Part shown: positions 14,551 to 28,850 of the stretch, one piece after another
How positions within the stretch are numbered: the stretch's first letter is position 1
Layout of the letters: the number at the start of each line of letters is the position of its first letter
Origin: Octopus vulgaris
Lineage: Eukaryota
Length of the DNA stretch: 64,000 bases
Assembly (NCBI GenBank): GCA_951406725.2
Contig: OX597822.1
Location: forward strand, 108,996,001-109,060,000
Direction: 5' to 3'
The notes under the pieces: model-generated
What the model was told of the DNA's origin: nothing
The model's input: the letters and a program-made list of their open reading frames with translations, nothing else
Databases searched by the model: none
Translations under genes and position numbers: made by a program

Positions 14551-14872
14551 AGGCGCATGCGTGGCTGTCTGATAAGAAGTTTGTTTTTTCCTAACCAAAT
14601 AGTACCGGTTTCAGTTTCACTACGTAGCGGGTGTTCTGTTTGGGACCCTGGGTGACCAAAGCTTTTTGACTGGATTTGGTAGTAGGAAACTAAATGAAGT
14701 CCGTCGGATGTATGTGCGTGTATGTGTACGTGTGTGTGTGAGTGAATGTGTCGTGTGCTTGATTTCGTCCCCACCCCCGACGCTTCACAATCGGTACTGG
14801 CGTATTTATGTCTGCGTAAGTTTGCGAAAGTGCCCTGAGAGAATAAGAAGCAGGTTTTTGAAAGAAGTAAAA
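14551..14872 (+). mobile_element. SINE family B, diverged
   Basis: 'aggcgcatgcgtggctgtctgataagaagtttg...tggatttggtag...gaaactaaatgaagtccgtcg...agaataag'. Confidence 0.8.
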
Positions 14873-14915
14873 AGCAATATTATGTATGTGTGTGCGTAAA
14901 TATGCTATAAATATA

Positions 14916-15045
<130 letters not shown>

Positions 15046-15132
15046 CGTTTGTGTGTGTGTGTATGCACATACACAGAGAAATACGCATTTGTATGCATAT
15101 CTATATAATGCATATATAATACATATGTGGAT

Positions 15133-15194
<62 letters not shown>

Positions 15195-15559
15195 AAACGC
15201 GCATAGAGAGAAACAGGGACACATACTTCTATATATATAAACATTTGTATGTAGGATGAGATATGTAGATAGATATATGAAATGTTGTATATGTTTAAAA
15301 TAATTTGAACATTTATCTCTTTCTCTCTCTCTCTCTCTCTCACACACACACGCACACTCTTACACATACATGCACAGGCACAGACATGCACACGCATACA
15401 TACACACATATGTATATATGTATGTGTATAAATATATTCGTCAGATTTTAAACTCTGCAAAAAATAATAATCTATACCTGAATTCATTTTTTTGAATTAT
15501 CTGAAAATCTAAGCTATACATAGACACTATACATATATACATATACGCACAAGCATCGA

Positions 15560-15626
<67 letters not shown>

Positions 15627-15984
15627 GTGTGTGTGTGTCTCCTTTCAAATTGTCCGAAAAGAAAAAAACGATAGACCATGTAATATTGACAATAAGAAAT
15701 TAACGATTGATCCAGGGTACCAAAGAACGCCTTAAGTATTACATGTAAAGAAGAAATATTGAACATTACCAATTTTGCTTATTTATACTCATAAAAGTAA
15801 TATTACAGCTAATGATAAAAATTACGCCCATTCACGCCGTATTTCCCTGACTCTATAACTTTTCCTGAAAATATTTGAAGGGGAAACTGAAGTCGTGTTG
15901 ATTTGAACTCAGAATAAAATCTAAAAAGAATTGCGGAAAATATCACTAGTTTTATTCAGATATTCTTTTATTATTTTTGTTTTC

Positions 15985-16210
15985 TTTTACGTGTTTCAAT
16001 CTTTTCTGACTGCGGCCATGCTGGAGGCACGTTTTCAAGCGTTTTTCAATCAAAAAATTGTAATTCAGGAATTATTCTTTGTAAGCCTAGTACTTATTCT
16101 AGCAATCCCAATGCCGACGGCTCGGTTACGGGGACGTTTGCACACCAAATCAATTGTCAAGCGATGGTAGTGGACAAACAGACACAAACAAACACGCCTA
16201 CACACACACT

Positions 16211-16289
<79 letters not shown>

Positions 16290-16442
16290 GGTCGCTCCTT
16301 TCAGTTTCCGTTTCCCAAATCCAACCACAAGGATTTGGTCGGCTTGAGGCTATACTAGAAGACACTAGCACAAACTGTCACGCAGTGGGACTGAACCCAC
16401 AAAATGTGGTTGGGAAGCAAACTTCTTACCACACAGCCACGC
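15985..16442 (-). mobile_element. SINE family B with internal (TA)/(CA) array
   Basis: Tail 'tgactgcggccatgctggag', body 'tttcagtttccg...ccaaatcc', head 'cttaccacacagccacgc'. Confidence 0.9.
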
Positions 16443-16474
16443 GGACCAAAATAGATCTTCTGAGGAAAGGATTG

Positions 16475-16980
16475 CTCTCTTAACACGACCTCAGTAATCA
16501 ACTGGTACCTATTCTAGATTCCCGAACGGATGAAATGTAACTTATCATCGGTGGGAAGTTGACTATGTTAAGATGTGAAAGAACATACCGTAAAAAGTTT
16601 GTCCGAAAAAATCACGATTTCTAACACAATAACCTTCATGCGTATAAAATTTATAACAACAACAACAATAATAATCCTTTCTACCACAGGCACAAGACCT
16701 GTTATTTGGGAGAGCGGGATACTCGATTACATCGACCCCAGTGTTTCACTGGTACTTATTTTATCGACACCGTAAGGATGAAAGGCAGAGTTGGCCTCCC
16801 AATAATAATAATAATAATAACAATAATAATTATTTCTACAGGTAGGACAATGACTCAAATTTAGGGGAAGGGTAAGGCAAGGTCGACCTCGGTAGAATTC
16901 GAACCCAGAACATAGCGACGGCCGAAATTCCGCAAAGCATTTCGTCGAGCGAGCTAACGATTCTACCAACTCACCGCCTT
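16475..16980 (-). mobile_element. Cluster of three SINE family A fragments
   Basis: Decayed copy 16475-16635; 3' half 16670-16798 ('cgattacatcgaccccagtg...ggatgaaaggc'); internally deleted copy 16830-16980 ending 'ttctaccaactcaccgcc'. Confidence 0.8.
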
Positions 16981-17329
16981 AATAACAATAATGATAATAA
17001 CAATAATTCTAATATTTAAAAAATTGTGCGTCTACGTACTGGAATCGTTATTTCCATTGCGTTAACACAGCAATATTTTTTCCCTGAATTTTCTTAGAAT
17101 TCTACGAAATTTATACATATGTCAACACATCTATCCATACATATATGCATAAATACACACACACACTTGCAAAAATATGCACATACAGATACAAAAATAT
17201 GCACATACAGATACAAACACACATGCACACAAACACAGAAAGAAATGTTCAAATACATACACATATATATGTATATACACATGTATATATATATACATGC
17301 ATATGTGTGTGTGTTTGTGTATAAAATGT

Positions 17330-17535
17330 GACCTCGTGTGTACCGTTGGCGATTTTTTATCCTATGTCTTCCCTTCTCGGGATCTTTCCTTCTCCTATGC
17401 TTCCGACGAAGAGCTCCGCTCGAAACGTTCAACCCTCCTTCTTCCCTTCTTTCCTGAGCGTCCAATAATACTATATCTGTTCCACGTCCTCGCGTTGTTG
17501 TGTTTTTTTGTGCTTTTCTTGTTTGGATTAACTAT
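17330..17535 (+). mobile_element. Short HHR-bearing (Penelope-like terminal) element, family H1; core mutated
   Basis: 'cCGACGAagagctccgctcGAAAcgtt' at 17403-17429; homologous to 24345-24550 (-). Confidence 0.65.
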
Positions 17536-17716
17536 ATATATTTCTTCCTCCCTCTTTATTCATATGTATATATATATATATACATCTCCTTTCTTCCTCT
17601 CTCTCTCTTTATATATTCATCATATTCATATATATTTTTATATATATATATATAAATGTGTGTGCGAATATGTATATATATATATATACTTTATTTTAAG
17701 CAGCAGAAAAATCAAC

Positions 17717-17763
17717 AAAATCTGTTACTCTGAGTTTCTCGTTGCCGTTCATCAGACAGTTTT
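17717..17763 (-). ncRNA. Minimal type-I hammerhead ribozyme motif
   Basis: Minus strand: aaaactgt-CTGATGA-acg gcaa cga-GAAA-ctcagag-TA-acagatttt; stem I ctgt/acag, GNRA-capped stem II, quasi-palindromic ACTCAGAGT stem III, GUA site. Confidence 0.75.
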
Positions 17764-18195
17764 TGCTAGAATGGAACATATATATTAATTCAATCTATAC
17801 TCTTACAAACGCTACACTTTTAAAAAGAAATGGACTTGTTTGATTGGCCCTTTAGAAAAAAAAAAAAAAAAAAAAAAAAAAAAACGGTCAATCTTCGAGC
17901 GATAAACAAAAAGGTCAAAAATATATGTATATATATATAAAAACTTATAAAAATTATAAAATCCGAGGAAAATACCGAGGAAAAAACCTGTTGCCGTTAA
18001 TGAAGACAGTACAAATTAATGCATAGAAATTAAACCTGTTATAAATACTGCAATACATATTTATATTAAAATCCACATATATATATCAACATACACAAAA
18101 GGATGCGCGTAAACGCCATACATACATATACAGACGTATGAATATGAATCTAAATTATACACATAAAAGCATGTGTACATATATTCACGCAAACC

Positions 18196-18245
<50 letters not shown>

Positions 18246-18458
18246 CGGGAAGCTTTATGAAAATAAACAAAAGACGAAGGCAGGTGGAAAACAAACGAAC
18301 AATTGTATTAGTATGGCGCTCAGGAAATATAAATAAAACAAGTCTTTAACGTTTCGAGCCTACGCTCTTCAACAGAAAGATACAGAGAGAGAGAAAAACA
18401 CAGAAAGAAGGAGAGAAAAAAAAATGCGTGCAGTAGCTAACGAATCAACATGGCGATC
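18246..18458 (-). mobile_element. Short element family H2 with HHR-like motif (core CUGUUGA)
   Basis: rc of 18343-18380: tcttt-CTGTTGA-agagc gtag gctc-GAAA-cgTT-aaaga; homologous to 56728-56918; lies between (TA)n arrays. Confidence 0.65.
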
Positions 18459-18494
<36 letters not shown>

Positions 18495-18543
18495 GATATA
18501 TAGATATATATAGATATACATATATATATATATACATATATAT

Positions 18544-18607
<64 letters not shown>

Positions 18608-18959
18608 TTATACTTAACAAAAGCCGTTCTCTCTTGAGAATAGTGCAAGCTAAAGTCAGCTGATTTTCTAGGTTACTTGAAACGTGTGAACAACATGTGG
18701 TTTATTGATGACTATTCATATAATGACCTTTATATGAAAGATTGTTTTGATTTTACGTTTCATTCTAAGATATTTTAAAGGGACTTTCTGGAACTTCCGC
18801 GCATAATCCACATAACCGCCTGTCTGTTTCGCTATCACACACTCTTAGAGACTCACTCCCTTTTGCTTGCTGTCCGTATTATTTATCGTTCATACTCTAT
18901 CTTCCTCTCTCTACCGTCATTTCTTTCTACATTCACATTCAATTGTGTCTATCTTTCTC

Positions 18960-19008
<49 letters not shown>

Positions 19009-19183
19009 GATATGGATGAACATCATGCGTCTTATAACCCCGCCACAGGCATGGTCATACATATACGCATAAAGAAACATATACATACGAGTAAGCATAT
19101 CAGAATATATATCTATCGATCAATCAATAGATATCTCTCTCTACCTATCTATGTACCTCGCCCACTTCTGCATTGTCTTTCTT

Positions 19184-19309
<126 letters not shown>

Positions 19310-19642
19310 TACAAATTTATACGCATATTTATATATATAATTAATTACACATTTATATGTGTATATACATACATAAATATATGTATGATTTAATATATAA
19401 ATGTATATACATATATATCTATATATATGCAAATATAAATATATATGTAGATATATATGTATATACATGTATGTAAATATATATATGCATATATATATAT
19501 ATATATATATAACATATGTATATATATATACATATATGTTTATACATATACATGTATATATATATGTATATTTTTATGTGCATATATATATATATATATA
19601 TATACATATATAAATATATATATACGTATAGGAATTTATCTG

Positions 19643-19685
<43 letters not shown>

Positions 19686-20558
19686 TTATATATATATATA
19701 TAATGTACATGCGTATATATATTATAGATATATTCGCACACACATTTATATATATATATATATAAATATATATGAATATGATGAATTTGAGGCACTTTTA
19801 CCCCTATAGACACACACACACACACCCACATATATATATATATATATACAGGTCAGTGTCTCCTCAAATTCATAAGCGTCACTCAGGCTTATCACACATT
19901 TCGCATAAGACACGTGCCTGCTCGAATCATTGAAGTTTCTCCGCTTTATTTCTAACCTCAAATGGCTTTTTTTTTTTAATCTAGCATTATGTCTTTCTGT
20001 ATTTCTAAGTTATGGGAAAAATTAAAGCAAGTTTGCATAACACAACTGATATTTACACACAGCCGGAATGAATAACAGCAATCTGTCTGACTATCGCATG
20101 TACTTGTGACAAGACATGCCAGCTAGTGTTTTACACCTATCATACCTGTTGGTATTAGCCAGAGTAGCTGGAAAATGTTTCGTTCCTTTAAGAACGAGAC
20201 TTTTCATAGATTGGAATTTAAAAACTAATCTCTATCGAAAATTATTGTTTCAAGAAAACATTGATAAATCCTCGGCTGTAATTCCTAAGCCGATTCAGGT
20301 ACGTGTGAACCATATCGAGAAAATGAATGATACTTTTTGACACAGAGCACCTCTAAGACGAAAACATGACGCTGAACGAAAATAAATGAAGAGCAGCTAG
20401 GTTCAATAATTCTCATTAGCGGGCTGCAATCATCTACTTGAAGTCAGTATTAAATCAGCTTGCAAATACACGTCTACTTTACTAAATTAATACACGAGCT
20501 AAGCCCGAAGAGCCCAAGTGTCGCAGTCGACACTGTTATATATGTATATATATACATA

Positions 20559-20880
20559 TCAGGTCATCCAATAAGTTCTGTCCGAATTTTGAATAAAGAA
20601 AACAAGTGATCAAATGTTATATTTACGTGAAATTTAATCACCAATGTACTTTCCTTAATGATCTATGCCCTCCTTTAATCTATTTACAAACCTTTTTATT
20701 CCTTCAATGTAAAACACTTTTGGTTTCAAAGTGAAGAACTCTGAAATGTCAGTTTCGACCTCCTCCTGTCTTGCGAAAGTTATGCCCCCCAAATGATTAT
20801 GTAAACTACGAAACAAATGGTAGTCTGAAGGGGTAAGATCGAGAAGATAGGGTGGATGAGAATTTTTTTTCCCAAACAAG
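20559..20880 (-). mobile_element. Tc1/mariner (mariner family) transposon 3' fragment, transposase pseudogene
   Basis: Translation 'HPPYLLDLTPSDYHLFRSLHNHL...FYIEGIKRFVNR' matches the mariner HPPYSPDLAPSDYHLF motif; terminal 'TA|tcaggtcatccaataagtt' is TIR-like. Confidence 0.9.
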
Positions 20881-21049
20881 CTCTTCCATCTTCTGTGATG
20901 TGATCTTTGTAGTGTGGGGTCGCGCGTTGTATATATACATATACATATATATATGCATGTTCTTTGTCTAAACACTTACCAACTTGAAGGTTTTAGGTAA
21001 AATAATACTAAAGTGTGCAACGTTTTAATTTAATTTAATATCATGTGTT

Positions 21050-21142
21050 TATGCAGCTGAGGATGGCTCTCTCCCTTATAAATTGATGTAATGATTGCAT
21101 TGTTCAATTAAATGGAGTTGCTTGAAACGATCGTACTGCATA
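21050..21142 (+). ncRNA. Type-I hammerhead ribozyme motif with long stem II
   Basis: tatgcag-CTGAGGA-(60-nt imperfect hairpin)-GAAA-cgatcg-TA-ctgcata; 7-bp perfect stem I; palindromic ACGATCGT stem III; GUA site at 21133-21135. Confidence 0.8.
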
Positions 21143-21254
21143 CCTCTGGATATCCTTGTTGCTTATATAGATGTTAATCACCTTATTTTGAAATTGTATG
21201 GATAATGCCGAACTAAATGCTGGTGCCTCAACTTAAGTACGTAATTCATCTGAA

Positions 21255-21288
<34 letters not shown>

Positions 21289-21296
21289 CATGTATA

Positions 21297-21334
<38 letters not shown>

Positions 21335-21336
21335 TA

Positions 21337-21440
<104 letters not shown>

Positions 21441-21753
21441 CATTTACATATACATATATATATATATGTATATATGTGTGTATATATACATATATATATA
21501 TGCATGCGTACATACACTGTGTGCCTCTAAAGATTTTCTTTTATTATTTCCTTGTCTCAGTCATTGGTTTGCGGCCATTTTGCAGGGCTAAATTTATCGA
21601 AATCTTAGTATCTAGGCCGATGCGTAACAGATAATATTCTCTCACGGTTTCACTCAGAGGTTATGAACTCTTAACAAACATACCAGAGAACCTCACCTGC
21701 ACCCACATACATACACTCACACAGACACACACATGCATAAGTATGTATATGTG

Positions 21754-21798
<45 letters not shown>

Positions 21799-22200
21799 GT
21801 GTCTATATGTGTGTGTATACACACATACGCATATATATATACACACATATAAAGAGTTGCAGATGAAGCCCTATATATACTTGTAAACTTCGTTTTCAAG
21901 TTACACATTCTGATGCCTTCTCTCCGCTTTATGTTGTGGCTCTTGCCCATGGGAAATGCATCAGCCGATTCAAATTTCACCACCGCTCTCGCAAGTACAA
22001 ATAACAACAGAACCATCTGATCGGCTTATCCGGAAGCGAACTCGAGAGGAAGATGTTAGACAGAAAACTATTAACCTTTCAGCCTTACTAAGCGTAAAAG
22101 ATATGCATGCATACATATAGCGTGTGCATGAAAGATACATACATTCATACATACTCACGCGTGCACCACTCAGACACACATATGTATATATATATGTATG

Positions 22201-22333
<133 letters not shown>

Positions 22334-22929
22334 ATCAGCTCGTAAACGTTAAATATAAATTTTCACTATGGCTTGATCTGAACGCAGTACTTAGGGGGCC
22401 GGAACCTACGCCGGCAGGTATAGTATCCGCTGCTCTGTCGACCTTCTAAACGATAATCCTTCGAGATAGAATTATAGACCAATGCACACACGCATGCGCA
22501 TCTTTATACGCGTGCGTAAGAATATGTTTGTGTCCTTGTGTGTATTTGTGCGTGTGTGTTTGAGTTTGAGTGTAGATATTTCGTTCTGCGGGTTTGTTAG
22601 AATTCCTGTGAGTGAATTCAAGTGTGTATAAGTATTGGCGTTATGTCTGCTTTAAGCATTAGACATTTTTTTCTTGATTAATATCGATCTGCTACGTTTC
22701 AGACTAATGTACTTGTATATCTATTTATATGACTTTTTAAATATCAAAGAGTTCAAAGTTATTTAGCTGTCACACACAGATACACACGAACACACATGCG
22801 CATGTACTTTACTTCCAACCACAGATATTGCTGCCCCTTTCAGGAGGTAATGTTGAAACCCCCACTACAGCCAAATCAAAACCAACGCACATATACACAG
22901 AACCCACAACCGGTGAAACTTTTTCGCAC

Positions 22930-23064
22930 GCTTCTTTCCAACTTTATGGTTTCTGGTTCATTCCTACAGCATAGCACCTTGGGCAAATGCTTTCTATAAT
23001 TGCATCGAGCCGATCAAAAACTTTGGTGTGGATTTGTTAGACGGAAACTGAAAAGGGCTCGTCG

Positions 23065-23066
<2 letters not shown>
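22930..23066 (+). mobile_element. SINE family B 5' half
   Basis: 'gcaccttgggcaaatgctttcta...gtggatttgttagacggaaactgaaagggctcgtcg'. Confidence 0.8.
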
Positions 23067-23131
<65 letters not shown>

Positions 23132-23133
<2 letters not shown>

Positions 23134-23610
23134 GGGTGAATATAGCAAGGATGGCACGTATGAATGACGAAGCCACCTTGAGCATAATCCTATGAACCGA
23201 GAAACTGAAAACAGAAGGTTACCCACTTGCAAACAAATGTGGTAACATATAACAATATTTACCAAGGTCACCGTGGTCATTTTCGTAGGCCTTTCTTCCC
23301 ACAGATAAACCTTACTTGCTTTCCCCTTTACACCATACATCATAACACTGTGATACACGATCCCTATTGATCATTTTTTTCCTCTTCCCCTTTTTTCCCT
23401 TCTTTTCTTCTTTTTTTTTCATTTCTCTTTTCATTTGTTCCTTTTCCTTTTTTCTTTCTTTTCTTCTTTTTTTTTTTTTTCCCTTTTACGGTCCCTTTTG
23501 ATCGAAAACCTACGCCACTTTTTTTGTTGTTTTTTTCAGACCCCAAAAGAAAAGCTCTACCTTGTAACTTGTCCCATCTGTGTGCAGCCCAGTGTGACCA
23601 ATAAAGAAAC
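23132..23610 (+). mobile_element. 3' end (ORF2 C-terminus + 3'UTR) of L1/Tx1-like retrotransposon within (TATC)n
   Basis: Short frame WVNIARMARMNDEATLSIIL*, T-rich UTR, terminal 'caataaagaaa'; second copy at 12112-12468; clade assignment inferred. Confidence 0.6.
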
Positions 23611-23859
23611 TTATCTATATATATATCTATCTGTCTATCTACCTATCTGTCTGTCTGTCTGTCTATCTATCCTGCTATCTTTGTAGCTGTCTGTCTGTCA
23701 GTCTATCTATTCTTCTATCTATCTATCATTCTATCTATAATATCTATCTATCATTCTATCTATTTATCACTGTCTAACCACCAATACATATATTTGTGTA
23801 GTTTTGTATATGTGTATATCTATGTGTATGTATGTACGTGTGTGCGTGTGAGTACGTGT

Positions 23860-24000
23860 GGTCTTGTGTGTTTGCAGGCCATCAAGACTTGGCAGCTGGC
23901 GTTGGTGTGTTAAGGTTCCCATAACTTAGATTTGGCAGAAAATAGTACTCGGCGTTAAAAGAAAGTACTGGTTTCGATTTGTTCGACTAAAATTCTTCGC
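23860..24000 (+). mobile_element. SINE family B 3' half, decayed
   Basis: 'gttggtgtgtt...cccataacttag...aagtactggtttcgatttgttcgactaaaa'. Confidence 0.65.
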
Positions 24001-24308
24001 AGTCAAGAGAAAGAAGCATGTAAAAGATACGTGCAATGTTGACGTCATTAGAATTTTTAAACTTTCGAAACAACGTGAAATAATTTTTATCTAAATGTGT
24101 GGTTCGAAGCACACTATAATATATAGATAATAGTGTGTATATACTGGATTTAAAAACACTTTTGCATAGGATGCTGGTCGAAGGCATCCTATGCGGCTGG
24201 AACACAAAAGTTCGCAAGGTTACTTCAATATAAGCAGACACTCCTTGTTAAAAAGTTTTATCTGCGCAAATACCAGTAGTTGCTATGCTCACCATTTATA
24301 TATGTATA

Positions 24309-24344
<36 letters not shown>

Positions 24345-24350
<6 letters not shown>

Positions 24351-24550
24351 ACCAAACATGAACAAAGAAAAAAACACGACGCGAGGACGTGGAATAAATA
24401 TAGTATTATTGGACGCTTAGGAAAGGAAAGAAGGGAGGAAGATTTAACGTTTCGATCGGGGCTCTTCGTCAGAAATATAGAAAAAGAGAAGAAAAGTCCA
24501 AGGAAGGGAAGACGGAGAATGAAAATCGTTAACGATACACACGCGGTCAT
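24345..24550 (-). mobile_element. Short HHR-bearing element, family H1
   Basis: Reverse-complement homolog of 17330-17535; abuts (TA)n. Confidence 0.7.
24442..24476 (-). ncRNA. Minimal type-I hammerhead motif
   Basis: rc: attt-CTGACGA-agagc ccc gatc-GAAA-cgTT-aaat; palindromic AACGTT; stem II has one mismatch. Confidence 0.55.
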
Positions 24551-25160
24551 GGAGACGAACACCATTCCTACAGGCGACCGCCTTCAAAAGTTGATAGGAT
24601 ATTAAGATATTTTCTAGAGTCTATCAATGGAAGTCCTAATACACAGATAAAGAAATTGCATCCACCATTGTGGTGCTGGGCACTCCTTATTCTTCCACAT
24701 TTAAGCCTTTCACATCCAAAGGTAAAAATCAGAGTAACAAAAAACTGACTTTACTAAAATACAATGATTCGGTCATTGACCATTCGATTACAACCATGCT
24801 GATACAATGCAATCATTGCTTCAGTTGATTGCACATCCGTCCCAACTACTTCACCTTTACGTCTGACTTGTACCCTTTCAGTGTTGACTTTTGCGGAACT
24901 GCCAAGGTAGAGAAAAACAACATTCGCATAAATACAAACGCACCGCCACTTATATGCTATGGTCTTTTGCACTGCTAAGGTCTTTTTGACAAACTTTTAC
25001 ACTGGAACTCTACACCATGTTATTATATGGTCACACACAAGCATATAGATATTTGCGATTCTACATACGTGAGTATATATATATATATATATATATATAC
25101 ACGTGCGCGTACAAAATGTTACAAGGAACTGAACAGTTGAAGAATAGATAAAAAAAAGAT

Positions 25161-25545
25161 AAGGCGTGGGAGTGGCTGTGTGGTAATTAGCTTGCTTACC
25201 AGCAACATGGTTCCGGGTTCAGTCCCACTGCGTAGAACCTTGGGCTAGTGTCTTCTACTATAACCTCGGGCCGACCAAACCCTTGTTAATGGATTTGGTA
25301 GACGAAAACTGAAAGAAGCCCATCGTGTATATGTGTATATATATATACGTGTGTGTGTGTGTATGTATATATTGTGTATCTGTGTCTGTCTCCCCAATAT
25401 GGGTTGACAACCGATGCTGGTGTGTTTAGGTCCATGTGACCTAGCGGTTCGGCAAAAGATTCCGAAAGAGTAAGTACTAGGGTTACAAAGAATAAATCCT
25501 GAGCACGGCAGCAGCCAAATAACTGAAACAAATAAAAGAGTAAAA
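25161..25545 (+). mobile_element. SINE family B (tRNA head, CORE-like centre, CR1-like tail), near full length
   Basis: A-box-like 'tggctgtgtgg', B-box-like 'ggttcagtccc', then 'accttgggctagtgtcttctactata', internal microsatellite and tail 'actgaaacaaataaaagag'. Confidence 0.9.
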
Positions 25546-26941
25546 TAGTTTATATATTTCATTGCATGTTGCTCCCCCACCACCACCACCACGTAAAGCT
25601 TGACCCGCTATTCATATTTTCCTCCATTTTCCTATTTTTTTTTCAGTTTAATTTCTTTTCCTTCCTATTTATATAAGATTCATTCCCTTTTTCCTTATGT
25701 ACAGGACGTCCTCTTCCCCAGCTCATTAGGTTGTCCTCTTCCTCAGCTCATTCTCTCTTCTTCACCACACATACTCGCATTTTCACCGGGCTTTCTTTTT
25801 CCCGTGTTTTTTTTTTTCAATCATCCACTTTTCCTGTTCCTCCACTTTCTCTTCTCTTTTTTTTTTTCTTTTCTTTGTTGTGGATGAAGAACTCCCATTC
25901 GAAGAGCTAAAGCACGTATCTACCTTTTATGCGTGTAGCTAGTACAATATTTGTTAAACATTCTCATTTCAAGGTTGTCTATTATTATCTTTCTGTTATT
26001 GTTCATTACATTCACACTATATATTTAATCAAACCTTTACGCGAACCCTTATAACTGTACACATACACACGTGCAGACAGATAGATAATAAACATATATG
26101 TATATACAGAGTTCCACGTGAGCGCACGTATGTGTGTATGTCTGTGTTTACACATATAAACACGTGTGTTCATATATATGTGTGTTTGTTATATGTATAA
26201 CATCACATTGTTGAAAAAGTGTGTGTTTACTTTAGTGTGTTTGAGTTGATTCGTTACCATTGGATGTGTAGAATTCTTCAACAAATTGCTGTTGGCATGG
26301 TTTTATGCCAATGTGCATTAAACAAAATATGACAATAGGCCTGTCATATACCACACAAAGTATGAAATATTCAAAACAAGACACAACGTGGAGCATATAT
26401 ATATATATCGATATATATTCAGCTCGATAGTCCCTGTTGAAATGTATACAATTCTTAGTTTAAACTTACAATATATATAGGGTCTTTTGACAAGTGCTTG
26501 GCATTGAAATTGAAATGTGACACGAGGTGGGATTCGCTTCATTCATCACCGAGAATCAGCTGTCTTAGAATCGCTGTCATTTCATAAGAAGTTTGTAAAT
26601 CACTACATCGGGAACAGAAACATTTGGTAATCTAAAGTATATATCGGAATAGAGAGAAGCATGGGCAACCCGAGTTGTGGAATCTTAGATTATGCGAGTC
26701 CCATGACATAGGCATTGAAAAAAGGGTGCCACAGACAACCGAGAATGTGATTCGTAACAGTTTCTCTTTAGTGATGACTGCCGAATTGACAAAAATGCTT
26801 TGGATTACAAGTTATTATATCTACTATCAATCAATTAACAGATGACTTTGTATAAATGGCTCAACAAAAAATATAAACTGTCCATAGTATTTAAGTGTGA
26901 GCTACTAGTAGTTTCATGACGTGGAAACAATAATTTCAATA

Positions 26942-26972
<31 letters not shown>

Positions 26973-27782
26973 CTGTATACGTAAAGTATTTTCAAACATA
27001 TATTTTCAATTCTGTGTGCATCTGTACAGCTGAAGGTCCCGCGATTTCCGAACCAACATGGCAAGCTTTGGCACAGAAAGTGAAATGAATTGACACTGGG
27101 TTATCTACTCTCCTATTTGTAGTTTAACTAATGGGACGACTGATTTTTAGTATATTTGATACATTCTGCGTGCGTGTTTACATTTTGTGGGAGAATCGTG
27201 CCTTCTAGACTTTTAACTCTTTTTTTTTCTAGAAAACAGGTGCATATTGTACCTTGGCTTTTAATGTATATATTTTCTTTTACATATTTTGCCTATTCAG
27301 TTCTGTTTGCTGGCCACTTTATCATTATTCTTTTAAAGATGATAACTTATTTGAATTTTGTATATCTACGTGAGTATGTGTGTGCGCGTGTCTATGTATT
27401 TGTGTGTGTATGTGTAGGAACGTGCGTGAATTTTTGTGAGAGCATGCGAATGCATGTGCTGTGAATGTATAATAGTATATATTCACACAGCATTTTTATA
27501 TAAACATGTATACACAGATTGTGTGCATACATAGTACAAAACTCTATTGTAATTTATTATTTTAGAATTACCATTGTAATGCTAAAAACACAGGCTGTGA
27601 TAGTTTTAGGTCTAACATTAAATAATTTTCTTGTATATTATTGTTACCTTAAGCTCACTATGTCCAGTTATCTCCGAATGACCTTTTTTCGTTTGAGTTT
27701 ATTCTTTATTACATTACGCTTCCAAATTGAACTTTCATCTTTGGAAGGAAGCATCAATAATAGTATTGATTGATTGATTGAT

Positions 27783-27830
27783 TCTAGTTTCAGCTTATGA
27801 GCTGTGGCCATGCTGGGGCACCGCCATTTT
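27783..27830 (-). mobile_element. Isolated CR1/SINE-B-type 3' tail
   Basis: 'tctagtttcagcttatgagctgtggccatgctggggcaccgccatttt', preceded by (ATTG)n. Confidence 0.65.
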
Positions 27831-28431
27831 GGAATAATTCGAAAATATTTGAAGCAACCCTTTGCTACTCACATATTGTGTAAAGAAGTTCATGTTCTAC
27901 CTCAAAACTGATGCATTGTAACATTGTTTTTTATGTTAATTCATAAAAAAAAATTCTTATTCTCATCCGCTCTTCCAAATTCGGCAAGTGACACGTTGTC
28001 TGTGGTCAAAACATTTTCATTTGAGAATACCTGTAGAGAAATGAATATTCCTAAATACATAGAAAACGCATCAGGTAATTTTGTTGCAGTTTCAGAGCAT
28101 TTTGACAATCCAAAACAATGACAGAATCTACAACGAGATAAAAGTAAAAAGCAGATATCCGATATAAGATTGTTTTGCATATGTGCAAAGATCTTTCTCT
28201 AGCCGTCATCTTTTGACACCTCCCAACGGAATTTTTTGCTGCTTCTAGTTTAATTTAAATTCATTGACAGAGACATATTTTCATATCTGTCAACATAGTG
28301 TCAAATCGATCTACCACTTTCATCAAATTATCCAACAACATTTCAAAGGTGACCACTTCAATACCAACACTGTTATATATAATATATTTCCGTATTCTAT
28401 AATATATTTTATAGTGCTATTTATATGATAA

Positions 28432-28569
<138 letters not shown>

Positions 28570-28574
28570 TTCTT

Positions 28575-28850
28575 TCATTAATGTTGCAAAATTATCACAA
28601 AACTGTTCCTCAGAGTTTCACATTACCGTCGTCGGACACTTTTCAGCACAACATTCCAACAAACGGGTACGTGAAATTTTGAGTAAGTTTTATCATAATT
28701 TCGCAGTTTTAATAGAAGCATATTACTCTACATTTCATATTCGAGAACTATTTTTTCCACCTTGTTTTGTCATAATTTTGCAGTTTCAATAAAAGTATAT
28801 TACTCAAACTTTCGTATTCTAGTACTATATTTTTTCACCTTGTTTTGCAC
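28575..28850 (-). mobile_element. Decayed HHR-bearing element related to the 17.7-kb motif, with a 77-bp tandem duplication
   Basis: rc of 28599-28643: aaaagtgt-CCGACGA-cggtaatgt-GAAA-ctctgag-GA-acagtttt; repeat units 28693-28769 and 28770-28847. Confidence 0.6.

Noticed and set aside
20559-20975. Intact or domesticated mariner (SETMAR-like) gene
   Set aside because: Only the C-terminal fragment is present, the YSPDL motif is mutated, and the ORF start lies in a microsatellite
27941-28180. Minus-strand ORF with acceptor-like 'tttctctacag'
   Set aside because: Short, no homology cue, no partner exons
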